A stretch of 64,000 bases of DNA from Planctomycetota bacterium (GCA_965248575.1 CBDFJQ010000002.1:1408001-1472000), one strand, 5' to 3'. Positions 9,734 to 20,206 are shown, counted from the stretch's first letter. Translations and numbers: made by a program. The notes: generated by a model from the letters alone, not told the origin.

Positions 9734-10057
9734 TCAGACCATGTCCTTCAGGTTCTTCAACGGCGTGGTCTTGACGACCTTCCGTGCGGCCTTCGCCTTG
9801 AACATCATCTCTTCGCCCGTGAAGGGGTTGATGCCCTTGCGTGCCTTGACGGCAGGCTTGCTGACGACCCGGCACTTGACGAGGCCGGGAATCGTGAAGA
9901 CGCCCGGGCCACGACGGCCGAGGTCCTTCTTCATGATCAAGCCCATCTCGTCGAACACGGACACGACCTCTTTGCGGGTCAGGCCAGTGTTCTCGGAAAT
10001 GGTTTTCAGGATGTCGGTCTTGGTGCGCGGCTTCGCGGCTGCCTTGGTAACGGCCAT
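9734..10057 (-). CDS. HU/IHF-family histone-like DNA-binding protein
   Basis: Basic protein with TKTDILKTISENTGLTRKEV, FTIPGL and ARKGINPFTGEEM. ATG 10057 preferred over 10096. Confidence 0.92.
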   Translation of the reverse strand: MAVTKAAAKPRTKTDILKTISENTGLTRKEVVSVFDEMGLIMKKDLGRRGPGVFTIPGLVKCRVVSKPAVKARKGINPFTGEEMMFKAKAARKVVKTTPLKNLKDMV

Positions 10058-10118
10058 CTCTGTTGTCCTCTGCTTGGATTCGTGTGGGGTTTGCACTCAT
10101 CAATAGAAGTGTGTCGAG

Positions 10119-10147
10119 ACACTACCGGCGAAGATCAGCTCCTTCAA
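10119..10147 (-). promoter_or_regulatory. Candidate sigma70-type promoter of the HU gene
   Basis: Minus strand TTGAAG-N17-TAGTGT about 60 bp upstream of ATG 10057. Confidence 0.45.
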
Positions 10148-10442
10148 GCAGCGGATTCCCTATGTTTTTCGAGGTTTCTGACGGATTTTCGGGATGGCTT
10201 CCGCGAGCCGGCCCTGTTCATCGCCGGCGGGAGGGTGCCGCGCGCCGGCCGGCAGCTCCCGTCACGAGGGGTGCTGAGCGGGTCCGGCCCGGGTGCATGC
10301 GGGGTGTGACGAGGGGCGCCGGAAGTCCCGAAACACTCCCTCCTCGCCGACAATCTGGCAGCTCCCCTGACACGCTCCTGGTGACGTAAGCAGCGCGCTG
10401 GACGGAACCTGCGGGATCGTCCTGCTCCCTTGTGCTTCCTTG

Positions 10443-10528
10443 TGGGGGCGCCGGGGCTCGAACCCGGACGGCCCATGCGGGCCAGGGGATTTTAAGTCCC
10501 CTGCGTCTACCAGTTCCGCCACGCCCCC
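10443..10528 (-). tRNA. tRNA-Leu(UAA), CCA not encoded
   Basis: Minus strand GGGGGCGTGGCGGAACTGGTAGACGCAGGGGACTTAAAATCCCCTGGCCCGCATGGGCCGTCCGGGTTCGAGCCCCGGCGCCCCCA. It has an acceptor stem, D-loop GG, anticodon TAA, long variable arm and T-loop GTTCGAG. Confidence 0.97.
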
Positions 10529-10645
10529 TACGGAAGACCGACACAGATTCCTGCGTGAAACCGCTGAGTTGCGCAGGCTAGCAGCCCAGCGCCACTCCAC
10601 TCCAGGACGGGCTGGCTCGGGCCCGCCCTCCCAGTCTTTTTGGGG

Positions 10646-12346
10646 TCACCCGGCCCCCTTCGCCTCCAGCTCCTGCTCCCGCAGCGTGCGCCTCAGTAGC
10701 TTCATCATGGCGCTCTTGGGCAGGTCGCTCCGGAAGGCAAAACCCCTGGGCACCTTGTAGGCCGCGAGGTTCTTGCGGCAATGCGCCTCGAGCTCTTCTG
10801 CGCTCACCTGCATGCCGGGCTCGAGCACGACGAAGGCCTTGACCGTCTCGCCCCGCTTCTTGTCGGGTAAGCCAATGGTGCAGGCCTCGGCGACGGCCGG
10901 ATGGTCCGTCAGCACATGGTCGATCTCGTCCGGGAAGATGTTGTAGCCGCTGGCCAGGATCATGTCCTTCTTGCGGCCCACGATGCGGAAGTAGCCCTGC
11001 TCATCCATGGTGGCCAGGTCGCCGGTGTGCAGCCAACCATCCCGAAGTGTCAGCGCCGTTTCCTCTGGGCGATTCCAGTACCCGGACATGACCTGCGGTC
11101 CCTGGATCACCAACTCCCCCTCTTGGCCGGGCGGCAACACCGTCGTCCCGTCCTCGAGGTCGACGATGCGGCAGTCGGTGTCGGGAAACGGCAAACCCAC
11201 GGTTCCCGTCTTGCGTTGCCCCAAGAGGGGGTTGGCGTGAGTGGCTGGCGAACTCTCGGTCATGCCGAACCCTTCAAAGATGCGCGCGCCTGTCTTTTGC
11301 TCGAAGCGACGGCGGGTGTCTTCGGGCAGTGGCGCCGACCCACTGAAGACGGCCTTGACGCTCGTCAGGTCCATGCCCTCCACGCCGGGGTGAGACACCA
11401 TCGCACCCAACATCGCCGGCACGGCGGGGAACACACTGACACCATGCTTCGCGATGGAGGCGAGCAACGCTCCCGTGTCACGGGGGTTGGGCGCCAAGAC
11501 GATCGTCGATCCCAAGGCGATGGGCTCGTTCAGTGCAATGGTCATGCCGAAGATGTGGAAGTAAGGCAGCGCCGCGAGGAAGACCTCCTCGCTCACCTCG
11601 AGGTCGGCCATCCAAGCGCAACACTGGTCCACGTTGTGCACCAGGTTGCGGTGGCTGAGCATCGCAGCCTTGGACACGCCTGTCGTCCCACCGGTGTACT
11701 GCAACACGGCCAGGTCCGATGGGTCGATGTCCAGGAAGGCGCAGGGCTGGGTTGCCTCCAAGGAGGCCTTGAAGGGATGCAGGTTCTCGCCCTTGGGGAA
11801 GGGTGCGATGGCGGGCGGATTCTGCTTGCGCAATTTGAAGGGAGCGAGCTGCTTCAGCGGGAAGCGCAGGAACTCGGGAATCGAAGCGATGATCACGTGC
11901 TTCACAGGCGTGGAGGGCAGGGCCGACCGTACAGATCGTTCGAACAGGAAATCAGTGGTGACAGCCAGCTCGCAGCCGGCGTCCGTCCACTGGTGCACGA
12001 TCTCCCGCGCCACGTAGAGCGGGTTGGTCATGACCACCTGAGCCCCACAGGCCAGGGCTCCGTAGTACGCGATGACCGTCTGGGGCAGATTGGGAAGGTG
12101 GATTGCCACCCGAGCCCCCGGCTTCACCCCCAGCGAGGCGTAGACACCTGCCATGCGGGCCACCAGCTGCTCCAGCTCGGCGTAGCTGATGCTGGCGTTG
12201 AAAAAGACCAGCGCGCTGCGACCCGGGGAGCGACGCGCCGAGCGCTGGAGAAGGCCCGGAACACTGAGGTCTTCCCGGTCGACGATGGATGCGGGCACAC
12301 CTTCATCGTAGTGCTCGTGCCAGACCCGTTTGTCCATCGCAGACAC
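10646..12346 (-). CDS. fadD: Long-chain fatty acid--CoA ligase
   Basis: AMP-binding motif LQYTGGTTGVSK, plus EGFGMTE, GWLHTGD, GRKKDMI and LPKSAMMKLLR. Start may be ATG 12337. Confidence 0.9.
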   Translation of the reverse strand: MSAMDKRVWHEHYDEGVPASIVDREDLSVPGLLQRSARRSPGRSALVFFNASISYAELEQLVARMAGVYASLGVKPGARVAIHLPNLPQTVIAYYGALACGAQVVMTNPLYVAREIVHQWTDAGCELAVTTDFLFERSVRSALPSTPVKHVIIASIPEFLRFPLKQLAPFKLRKQNPPAIAPFPKGENLHPFKASLEATQPCAFLDIDPSDLAVLQYTGGTTGVSKAAMLSHRNLVHNVDQCCAWMADLEVSEEVFLAALPYFHIFGMTIALNEPIALGSTIVLAPNPRDTGALLASIAKHGVSVFPAVPAMLGAMVSHPGVEGMDLTSVKAVFSGSAPLPEDTRRRFEQKTGARIFEGFGMTESSPATHANPLLGQRKTGTVGLPFPDTDCRIVDLEDGTTVLPPGQEGELVIQGPQVMSGYWNRPEETALTLRDGWLHTGDLATMDEQGYFRIVGRKKDMILASGYNIFPDEIDHVLTDHPAVAEACTIGLPDKKRGETVKAFVVLEPGMQVSAEELEAHCRKNLAAYKVPRGFAFRSDLPKSAMMKLLRRTLREQELEAKGAG

Positions 12347-12430
12347 CTCCCTCGCGCCGAAGCGGCGCAGTCTATCAACGCGCGACGAAGATCCTCAGCA
12401 AGGCTGCCAGGTCCCTTGGCCGGTCGAGGC

Positions 12431-13897
12431 TCATGAGCGCTTGCCTTCGCTCCCACGCTTGGTGGGGTCGGACTCCACATAGAAGGACAGGCCGCGCACA
12501 TTCTCATCCATGCCCAGGCGCGACCGGATCGGTGGGAACGCGCGCTGCCGGCAATCCATGCGCTCGCAGAGCCGGCACGTGGGGCCGATGGGCTCCGCCG
12601 CATCCAGGTTCTCGAGGTCGATGCCATCGGCGTAGACCAGCTCCCGAGCATGGGAGACATCACAACCCAGTCCGATGGCGAGGCGGCTCTGGGGCGCGCG
12701 GAAGCCGCCGCCCTCCTTGCGGACCGTGCGCGCGATGCAGAAGTAGGTCGTTCCATCGGGCATGCGCGAGAGCTGCGTCCGAATGAATCCCGGTTGCATG
12801 AACGCCGCGTGGACATTCCAACGCGGGCAGGCCCCGCTGAAGCGTGCGAAGCGGATGCCGCTCGCGCTGAAGTGCTTGCTGATGTTCCCTGCGATGTCGA
12901 CCCGGACCATGTGCAAGGGCACGCCTGCTTCTCCGGGTCGGTTGAGTGACGTCAGCCGTTGGCACACCTGCTCGAAGCTCGTTCGGAAGCGGTGCCCCAG
13001 CATCTCGACGTCGTAGCGCATCGCCCGCGCCGCTTCCAGAAAGGGCGTGTACGGCATCAGCAGGGCACCGGCAAAGTAGTTGGCGAGAGCCACCCTGCCG
13101 AGAGTTCGGCTGTCTTCCGTGGACAGGTTGCCCTGGGCCAGATAACCATCCAGGACAGGTCGGTGCTCGATCAGCGCGATCTGGTGAGCCAGCTGGAAGC
13201 TCCGGCTGCGCGGGGGCAAGACCTCCGAGAGCACCAGGCGACCGCGCGCGGCGTCGAAGCGCCGGACCGCTGAACCCGCTTCGTTGGCCGGAATGATGTC
13301 GACATCCACCCCATGGCGGTCGGCGAGATGCGCCATGAGCCCCCGGTCCAGGGATTCAGCCCGGGCGTCCGCCTCCGTCCGCAACTGGGAGGCTGCCGTC
13401 TCCAGCTCAGGAAAGTGGTTCATGCAGCTCTGCAGCAGGTCACTCACTTCCTCAGAAGGCAGGCGAGGGGGCTCCAAGCTCTCATCACCCCACCCGGTAC
13501 CAGCCAGCTGTTCCACCAGGACCGTGCGGTCCGTGATGCTCGCCCGATAGGCGCGATACAGGGAGACCACGGCCCGAGCCACTTCTGGCGCCACGTCCAC
13601 CACATCTTCCATCGCTGAGGGTGCCGGCGCGTCTCGCTCGAAGAGCCCATCACCGAAGACCTCTGTCAGGTCCTGGACCAGCAGGTTGCCGTCATCCTCC
13701 GCGAGGGATTGCAGCTCCAGCTCAAAGACCTGGGCGAGTTTGAGCAACAGGGCCACGGTCAGCGGCCGCTTGTCGTGCTCGAGCAGGTTGAGGTAGCTGG
13801 GCGAGATCCCCAGGGCCTCGGCCATCTGAGCCTGCGTCAAACCCCGGGCCAAGCGCTCCCTGCGCACGCGGTGCCCAAGTCTGTGGCGTCTGGCCAT
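12431..13897 (-). CDS. ramB: XRE-family short-chain fatty acyl-CoA regulator (RamB/ScfR/PccR family)
   Basis: N-terminal HTH (LTQAQMAEALGISPSYLNLLEHDKRPLT), FQLAHQ, ANYFAGALLMPY, SFEQVCQRL, GACPRWNVH and C-terminal CRLCERMDCRQRAFPP. Divergent from aceBA. Confidence 0.9.
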   Translation of the reverse strand: MARRHRLGHRVRRERLARGLTQAQMAEALGISPSYLNLLEHDKRPLTVALLLKLAQVFELELQSLAEDDGNLLVQDLTEVFGDGLFERDAPAPSAMEDVVDVAPEVARAVVSLYRAYRASITDRTVLVEQLAGTGWGDESLEPPRLPSEEVSDLLQSCMNHFPELETAASQLRTEADARAESLDRGLMAHLADRHGVDVDIIPANEAGSAVRRFDAARGRLVLSEVLPPRSRSFQLAHQIALIEHRPVLDGYLAQGNLSTEDSRTLGRVALANYFAGALLMPYTPFLEAARAMRYDVEMLGHRFRTSFEQVCQRLTSLNRPGEAGVPLHMVRVDIAGNISKHFSASGIRFARFSGACPRWNVHAAFMQPGFIRTQLSRMPDGTTYFCIARTVRKEGGGFRAPQSRLAIGLGCDVSHARELVYADGIDLENLDAAEPIGPTCRLCERMDCRQRAFPPIRSRLGMDENVRGLSFYVESDPTKRGSEGKRS

Positions 13898-13909
13898 GGG
13901 ATTCTCCTC

Positions 13910-14047
13910 GTTTGTGAAGCAAGGGCCCCATCGGCGCGTGACAAAGCTTTACAGCATTACAAATCCTATCTGTATGGATGTATGCATCCTTACACCTTAA
14001 CTAGCAATGACTTATTGACGATTCGGATTATTGGTCAATACTTCACA
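13910..14047. promoter_or_regulatory. AT-rich divergent promoter/operator region between the regulator and aceB
   Basis: Strong AT island. Inverted repeats TGTATGGATG-N4-CATCCTTACA (13971-13994) and TATTGAC-N14-GTCAATA (14013-14040). TTGACG-N16-AATACT at 14015-14042. Repeated TTACA/TGACA half-sites at 13938-13963. Confidence 0.7.
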
Positions 14048-14102
14048 TGTCGACAGAAGCGCCGCTCGACTGGGCCCGAAGCCTTCTCCGGACTTCCAGC
14101 AC

Positions 14103-15740
14103 ATGAATGTTCCACCCAGCGGTTCCGCAGCTGCCCCACGACCCAAGTCGGGGTCCATCGAGCTTCTCGCTCCGCGCAGCGACTTCTCGGATGTCGTCCT
14201 CAGCCCTGAAGCTCTTGAGTTCGCCGCCAAGCTCCAACGTCGTTTCGAACCTCGGCGACGGGAACTCATGGAGCGTCGTCGGATGCGCCAATCCGAACTC
14301 GACGCGGGCGATCGGCCGGATTTCCTGGAAGCCACCGCTGACATCCGCGCGAGCGATTGGACGGTGGCTCCGCTTCCGTCTGACCTGGCTGACCGGCGCG
14401 TCGAGATCACGGGCCCCGTCAGCCGCAAGATGGTCATCAACGCCCTCAACTCGGGCGCCAACGTTTTCATGGCCGACTTCGAGGACAGCAACTCCCCGAC
14501 CTGGGCCAACGTCATCGAAGGACAGGTGAACCTCGCGGACGCCGTGCGCGGCAGCATCGAGTACACCCACCCCGACTCAGGCAAGCACTATCGACTCGTG
14601 GATCAACCGGCCACGCTGCTCGTGCGACCACGCGGTTGGCACCTGCTCGAGAAGCACGTGCTCGTGGACGGCCAGCCCATCTCCGCCTCCATTTTCGACT
14701 TCGCGCTGTACTTCTTCCACAACGCGCGAGCGCTGCTCGAGCGCAACACGGGCCCCTACTTCTACCTGCCCAAGATGGAAAGCCATCTCGAGGCCCGGCT
14801 CTGGAACGACATCTTCTGCGAAGCGCAGGACGAGCTGGGCATCCCTCGCGGAACCATCAAGGCCACCGTCCTGATCGAGACCATCCTCGCTGCCTTCGAG
14901 ATGGATGAGATCCTCTACGAACTCAGGGAGCACAGCGCTGGCCTGAACTGCGGGCGTTGGGACTACATCTTCAGCTTCATCAAGCGCTTCGCCAAGCAAC
15001 CCGACTTCGTCCTGCCCGATCGCGCGCAGGTCGGGATGACGCAGCATTTCCTGCACAGCTATAGCCAACTGCTGATCAAGACCTGCCACCGTCGACGCGT
15101 GCACGCCATGGGTGGCATGGCGGCGCAGATCCCCATCAAGGGCGATGACACCGCGAACGAAGCCGCGCTCAACTCCGTGCGAGCCGACAAGCAACGCGAG
15201 GTCAGCAACGGCCACGACGGCACCTGGGTCGCCCACCCCGCACTGGTCCCCCTCGCGAAGGAGATCTTCGACGCGCAGATGACTGGCCCGAACCAACTGG
15301 ACATCGCTCGCGACGACGTGCACGTCACGGCCCGCGACCTGCTGTGGGTCCCCAAGGGGGACATCACGGAAGCAGGACTGCGACAGAACGTCAACGTAGG
15401 CGTCCAGTATCTGGAGGCCTGGCTGAACGGCAACGGTTGCGTCCCCCTCTACAACCTCATGGAAGACGCCGCGACGGCCGAGATCTCACGCACACAGATC
15501 TGGCAGTGGATCCGGCACCACGCCCAGATGGACGACGATCGCGTCGTCACGGCGGAGCTCTTCCGCAGCATCCTGTTCGAAGAATTGAAGTCCATTCGCG
15601 AGACCCTCGGCGACGCCCGCTTCGAGGGCGGCCGGTTCGCCGAAGCAGCCGGTCTCTTCGATGCCATGAGCACCGGCGAGGAGTGTGAGGACTTCCTCAC
15701 GATCCCCGCCTACGAACGAATCCTCACGCGCACGACCTGA
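14103..15740 (+). CDS. aceB: Malate synthase A
   Basis: [54 protein letters not shown] and [15 protein letters not shown] 14103 preferred because the 14031 start lies inside the promoter region. Confidence 0.97.
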   Translation: MNVPPSGSAAAPRPKSGSIELLAPRSDFSDVVLSPEALEFAAKLQRRFEPRRRELMERRRMRQSELDAGDRPDFLEATADIRASDWTVAPLPSDLADRRVEITGPVSRKMVINALNSGANVFMADFEDSNSPTWANVIEGQVNLADAVRGSIEYTHPDSGKHYRLVDQPATLLVRPRGWHLLEKHVLVDGQPISASIFDFALYFFHNARALLERNTGPYFYLPKMESHLEARLWNDIFCEAQDELGIPRGTIKATVLIETILAAFEMDEILYELREHSAGLNCGRWDYIFSFIKRFAKQPDFVLPDRAQVGMTQHFLHSYSQLLIKTCHRRRVHAMGGMAAQIPIKGDDTANEAALNSVRADKQREVSNGHDGTWVAHPALVPLAKEIFDAQMTGPNQLDIARDDVHVTARDLLWVPKGDITEAGLRQNVNVGVQYLEAWLNGNGCVPLYNLMEDAATAEISRTQIWQWIRHHAQMDDDRVVTAELFRSILFEELKSIRETLGDARFEGGRFAEAAGLFDAMSTGEECEDFLTIPAYERILTRTT

Positions 15741-15807
15741 GCCCCGCCCCCACCACGAATCCCCCTCTGAACTCTCCACCTCTCACCCACCATCGACGGA
15801 CACCACC

Positions 15808-17094
15808 ATGTCAGCCAGCAACGGAAAGAACCGACTCCCCGCGGACGCCCCCCCAGCAGACGCGCCCAACCGTTTCGACGGAATCCGACGGGACTACACG
15901 CCCGAGGACGTGGCTCGCCTGGGCGGATCCCTTCCCATCGAGCAGACCCTCGCCAAGCACGGTGCTCAGAAGCTCTGGGGTTACCTGCACTCAGAGGACT
16001 ACATCAACGCGCTGGGTGCCCTCACCGGCAACCAGGCCATGCAGCAGGTGCGTGCGGGCCTCAAGGCCATCTACCTGAGCGGCTGGCAGGTTGCAGCAGA
16101 CGCCAACAACGCTGGCCAGATGTATCCCGACCAGAGCCTCTACCCCGTCAGCAGCGTCCCCGATGTGGTCCGCCGCATCAACCGCACCCTGCAGCGCGCT
16201 GACCAGATCCAGCACATGGAAGGCGGGTCGGACACCGATTGGTTCCAGCCCATCATCGCCGACGCCGAAGCGGGTTTCGGTGGACCACTGAACGCCTTCG
16301 AGCTCATGAAGAACATGATCGAAGCGGGTGCCGCCGGCGTGCACTTCGAAGACCAACTGGCGTCCGAAAAGAAGTGCGGACACCTGGGCGGCAAGGTCCT
16401 GGTGCCAACCCAATCCTTCATCCGCACCCTGAACTCCGCACGCCTCGCGGCCGACGTCATGGGTGTACCGACGGTGCTCATCGCTCGCACGGATGCGGAC
16501 AGCGCCAACCTGCTCACCGCGGACATCGATGAGCGGGACCGCCCCTTCTGCACGGGGGAGCGTACGCCCGAGGGCTTCTTCCGCATCAACGGCGGCCTCG
16601 ACAGTGCCATCGCCCGCGGGCTCAGCTATGCCCCTTACGCCGATCTCATCTGGTGTGAGACCAGCACGCCAGACCTGGATGACGCCCGGCGCTTCGCCGA
16701 CGCCATCCATGCCGAGTTCCCCGGCAAGTTGCTGGCCTACAACTGCAGCCCGTCGTTCAACTGGCGCGCCAAGCTAGACGAGTCCACCATCGCGAAGTTC
16801 CAGCGCGAGCTGGGTGCCATGGGCTACAAGTTCCAGTTCGTGACGCTCGCCGGCTTCCACAGCTTGAACCACTCCATGTTCGAGCTGGCCCGGGGCTACC
16901 GCGAGCGTGGCATGGCCGCCTACTCCGAGTTGCAGCAGGCCGAGTTCTGCTCAGAGGAGCAGGGCTACGGCGCGACCAAGCACCAGCACGAAGTGGGCAC
17001 CGGTTACTTCGACGCCGTCTCCAACGCGGTTTCAGGTGGCAAGTCGTCCACCACCGCCCTGGCGGGCTCGACGGAGACATCACAGTTCCACTGA
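15808..17094 (+). CDS. aceA: Isocitrate lyase
   Basis: Catalytic KKCGH signature, [28 protein letters not shown] and [11 protein letters not shown]. Confidence 0.98.
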   Translation: MSASNGKNRLPADAPPADAPNRFDGIRRDYTPEDVARLGGSLPIEQTLAKHGAQKLWGYLHSEDYINALGALTGNQAMQQVRAGLKAIYLSGWQVAADANNAGQMYPDQSLYPVSSVPDVVRRINRTLQRADQIQHMEGGSDTDWFQPIIADAEAGFGGPLNAFELMKNMIEAGAAGVHFEDQLASEKKCGHLGGKVLVPTQSFIRTLNSARLAADVMGVPTVLIARTDADSANLLTADIDERDRPFCTGERTPEGFFRINGGLDSAIARGLSYAPYADLIWCETSTPDLDDARRFADAIHAEFPGKLLAYNCSPSFNWRAKLDESTIAKFQRELGAMGYKFQFVTLAGFHSLNHSMFELARGYRERGMAAYSELQQAEFCSEEQGYGATKHQHEVGTGYFDAVSNAVSGGKSSTTALAGSTETSQFH

Positions 17095-17181
17095 TCAGCT
17101 CCGACCGTCGGGTCCCACGGCCCGGGGAATGGATGGGGGCCGGAACATGTCCCGGCTCCTGACCATCCTGCCAAGGTCCTG

Positions 17182-17218
17182 CGGGGGCGAGTTGCACTCT
17201 GCGCGCAGCTCGCCCCCG
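17182..17218 (+). terminator. GC-rich hairpin downstream of aceA (possible terminator or mRNA stabiliser)
   Basis: cgggggcgagttgc pairs with gcagctcgcccccg (one G-U pair), followed by a short ttt. A second hairpin sits at about 17136-17159. Confidence 0.55.
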
Positions 17219-17284
17219 TTGCATTCGGCACCCCCGCTCCGGTCGGCGCCCCGCCCTAGTTGGCGAAGCCGTCATCGGTGAGCC

Positions 17285-17923
17285 ATGCCGTGCGAGGTAG
17301 ACTCCCGAACGATGACAACTTCGCCAAGGGTCTCTCTTGCGGCTTGTGGGTGTTGCGGGCTCGTGCAACAACTCCCGGCAGCCGAACCCAAGCAGCGCAT
17401 CCGCTGCGTGCGTTGCCACACGTCCTTCGCCCAGCGACGTGATCGGCTGAGGAGCAACCGGCGCACCCTGGCCCTCGCCCTCAGCGCCCTCTTTCTCTAC
17501 CCCTTCGCCGTGGGCCTGCCCATCATGGAGGTCGAGCGCCTCGGCGCGACGCACAAGGCCAGCGTGCTCTCGGGCGGCATGGCACTGCTCAGCGACGGGC
17601 AGGTTCTGGTGGGCGTGGTGGTCTTGCTCTGCTCCGTCGTGCTGCCGCTGGGAAAACTCGCCGGTCTTTTCCTGCTCGCGGGCGCAGGCACCAGACTTCG
17701 ACCCACGCTCCGGGCCTGGACCTGGCACCTCGTCGAATGGACCGGACGTTGGGGCATGCTCGACGTGCTTCTGGTCGCCGTGCTGGTGGCCGTCCTCAAG
17801 CTGGGCCACATCGTGGAACTTCGTGCTGGCCCCGCGGCACTCGCCTTCACGGCCTGCGTGTTGCTCAACCTGGCGGCGAGCGCCAGCTTCCAGCCCCATA
17901 GTCTCTGGCGGAATTCCGCATGA
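17285..17923 (+). CDS. pqiA: PqiA/LetA-family membrane protein (single repeat)
   Basis: CGCC...CVRC zinc-ribbon pair, SVVLPLGKL and GRWGMLDVLLVA. Its stop overlaps the start of the MCE gene. Confidence 0.88.
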   Translation: MPCEVDSRTMTTSPRVSLAACGCCGLVQQLPAAEPKQRIRCVRCHTSFAQRRDRLRSNRRTLALALSALFLYPFAVGLPIMEVERLGATHKASVLSGGMALLSDGQVLVGVVVLLCSVVLPLGKLAGLFLLAGAGTRLRPTLRAWTWHLVEWTGRWGMLDVLLVAVLVAVLKLGHIVELRAGPAALAFTACVLLNLAASASFQPHSLWRNSA

Positions 17924-19323
17924 CGGACGACAGCCCTCCTGTGGCTCGCATCGACCCGGCGCCCTCGTGGTCCCCCATCTGGCTCGTGCCGCTGGCTGCG
18001 GCGGCACTGGCTGGCATCCTGGGCTGGCAGTCCTGGGGCGCCCTGGGAACGAGCATCGAGATCGCCTTCGAACAGGGCCACGGCATCAAGACCGGCGACA
18101 CCCTGCGCTACAAGGGCATCGTGGCCGGTGAGGTCACCGCCATGACCTTCGCCGATCGCCTGGGTGGGGTATCCGTGGAGGTCACACTCGACTCGGCCGC
18201 CACCAGCCTGGCCGTGGCGGGCAGCCGGTTCTGGATCGTGCGCCCTCGCTTCGGCTGGACCGGTATCACAGGCCTCGACACCTTGATCGGTGACCGCTAC
18301 CTCGGCGTCATCCCCGGCGACGGCCCCGAACGACGTCAGTTCGTCGGCCTCGACCAGGCACCGATTCCCGACGCGCTCCTGCCTGGCTTGGACATCAAGT
18401 TGGAGGGCACATCGCGCGGCAGCATCGTCGCCGGCTCACCGGTCACCTACCGCCGCATCCACGTGGGCAGCGTGCTCTCGGTCAGCCTCGCCAGCGACAG
18501 CCGCAGCGTCGAGATCCTGGCACGCATCCGTCAGGAGTATTCGGCGCTGATCCAGGAAGGCACCCGCTTCTGGGAAACCAGCGGTGTCGGCCTCGATGTA
18601 GGCCTGACCGGTGCAGCATTCCACCTCGAAAGCCTGGAATCCCTGGTGCGCGGCGGCGTTTCCCTGGCCACGCCCACGGCAGACGGAGCACGTGTGTCCA
18701 CGGGACACCGCTTTGACTTGGACTCCAAGCCCGAGTCTGCCTGGCTTGCATGGCGCCCCGCCGTGCCCATCGGCCATTCGCTCTTACCGCCCGGCACATC
18801 GGTCCCGCACCCGCGCCGCGTCCAGCTGAGCTGGAGGCAAGGCACGCTCTGGTCGGGCGACGAGGTGCGCGAAGGTTGGGGGTTGCCGCTCTCCGGCGCG
18901 CTGCTGGCGCCCGCCGACCTGTTGACCGCCCCCGAGAAGGCCGATGAGGCAAGCGCCGCCTTGGAGGTCGCGGGGCTACGCCTGCCCGTCGAATCTGCAG
19001 CGGACATCGTCACGCCAGGCCTGGCCACACGCTCCATGCCCGAGGGCGCCGGTATGCAGGCCTGGCCCCGCGCCCAACAACGGGTCCCCACGCAGCCCGA
19101 AGACTGTCTGGTGGTGGCCGACCCCGGCTCGGCACCGCTGAGCATCGCTCCCGGCGGCTTCGATGTCACAGACGACGGCTGGCACGTCGACCGTGCTCTC
19201 CCGGTCGACAAGCGCTGGCACGGGGCACCGGTCCTCGCTCGCAAGGACGGCCGACTGATCGGGATCCTGCTCGTGGAGTCTGGAGGCGCCCGTGTGGTTC
19301 CCCTTCCGCGACTCCTTCCCTGA
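17920..19323 (+). CDS. pqiB: PqiB/LetB-family MCE protein with two MCE domains and an atypical C-terminal domain
   Basis: WSPIWLVPL anchor. MCE1: GHGIKTGDTLRYKGIVAGEV...SRFWIVRP. MCE2: GSIVAGSPVTYRRIHVGSV...TRFWETSG...SLESLVRGGV. Confidence 0.88.
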   Translation: MTDDSPPVARIDPAPSWSPIWLVPLAAAALAGILGWQSWGALGTSIEIAFEQGHGIKTGDTLRYKGIVAGEVTAMTFADRLGGVSVEVTLDSAATSLAVAGSRFWIVRPRFGWTGITGLDTLIGDRYLGVIPGDGPERRQFVGLDQAPIPDALLPGLDIKLEGTSRGSIVAGSPVTYRRIHVGSVLSVSLASDSRSVEILARIRQEYSALIQEGTRFWETSGVGLDVGLTGAAFHLESLESLVRGGVSLATPTADGARVSTGHRFDLDSKPESAWLAWRPAVPIGHSLLPPGTSVPHPRRVQLSWRQGTLWSGDEVREGWGLPLSGALLAPADLLTAPEKADEASAALEVAGLRLPVESAADIVTPGLATRSMPEGAGMQAWPRAQQRVPTQPEDCLVVADPGSAPLSIAPGGFDVTDDGWHVDRALPVDKRWHGAPVLARKDGRLIGILLVESGGARVVPLPRLLP

Positions 19324-19383
19324 AGATCCTGCCCTCACACGTATCCGCCCGATCACACCTCACCCTCGCGACCTGACGCACCC

Positions 19384-20199
19384 ATGGCCCTCCCCGAAAC
19401 GAACGCCATCGTCTCCCAGAAGATCGAGATTGCCCCTGGCCTCGCAATCCTGCGGGTGGTCCCGGATGGCTGGGACCTTCCCGACTTCACGGCGGGCCAG
19501 TTCGCAGTGATCGGGCTGCCACCGGACGCGCCCCGCTGCGCAGGCGCTGAAGTAGAAGAGGCCCCGCCGCCACCGGAGCGCATGCTCAAGCGCGCCTATT
19601 CCATCGCCTCGTCCTCGCTCAGCAGCGAGTTCATGGAGTTCTACATCGCCTTGGTGCCCTACGGCGGGCTCACGCCACGGCTCTTTGCGTTGGAGCCGGG
19701 AAGCCGCATCTGGTTGGGGGCGAAGACGAGTGGACACTTCACGCTCTCCGAAGCGCCGGACGATGCCCACGTCATCTTCGTTGGCACGGGGACCGGCCTG
19801 GCACCGTACATGAGCATGCTGCGCACCTATCTAGAGGCTGGCTCCAGCCGCCACTTCGCCGTTCTGCATGGCGCCCGCCACTCCTGGGACCTGGGCTACC
19901 GCTCCGAACTCATGACGCTCACACGCCTCTGTGAGAACTTCCGCTACTTGCCGGTCGTCAGCCGCCCGGATGAAGAGCACGCCGGCTGGGATGGCCCCAC
20001 GGGTCACGTCCAGGACCTGTGGAGCAGCGGCCAGGTCGAGAAAGCCTGGGGCTTCCACCCCACCCCCGAGAACACACACGTCTTCCTGTGCGGAAGCCCC
20101 GGCATGATCGACAGCATGGTGGAGATGCTCGGTGAGGAAGGCTTCGTGGAGCAAACCCGATCCCAACCGGGACAGATCCACGTGGAGCGCTACTGGTAG
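19384..20199 (+). CDS. fpr: Ferredoxin/flavodoxin--NADP+ reductase
   Basis: RAYSIASS FAD motif, GTGTGLAPYMSM, FLCGSPGMI and C-terminal ERYW. Confidence 0.93.
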   Translation: MALPETNAIVSQKIEIAPGLAILRVVPDGWDLPDFTAGQFAVIGLPPDAPRCAGAEVEEAPPPPERMLKRAYSIASSSLSSEFMEFYIALVPYGGLTPRLFALEPGSRIWLGAKTSGHFTLSEAPDDAHVIFVGTGTGLAPYMSMLRTYLEAGSSRHFAVLHGARHSWDLGYRSELMTLTRLCENFRYLPVVSRPDEEHAGWDGPTGHVQDLWSSGQVEKAWGFHPTPENTHVFLCGSPGMIDSMVEMLGEEGFVEQTRSQPGQIHVERYW

Positions 20200-20206
20200 C
20201 GCTGCC

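Noticed and set aside
10150..10442. Possible integration-site remnant downstream of tRNA-Leu (short imperfect direct repeat gtcacgaggggtgc / gtgacgaggggcgc)
   Set aside because: No duplicated tRNA 3' end and no integrase in the window; the repeat is too short to support an att site.
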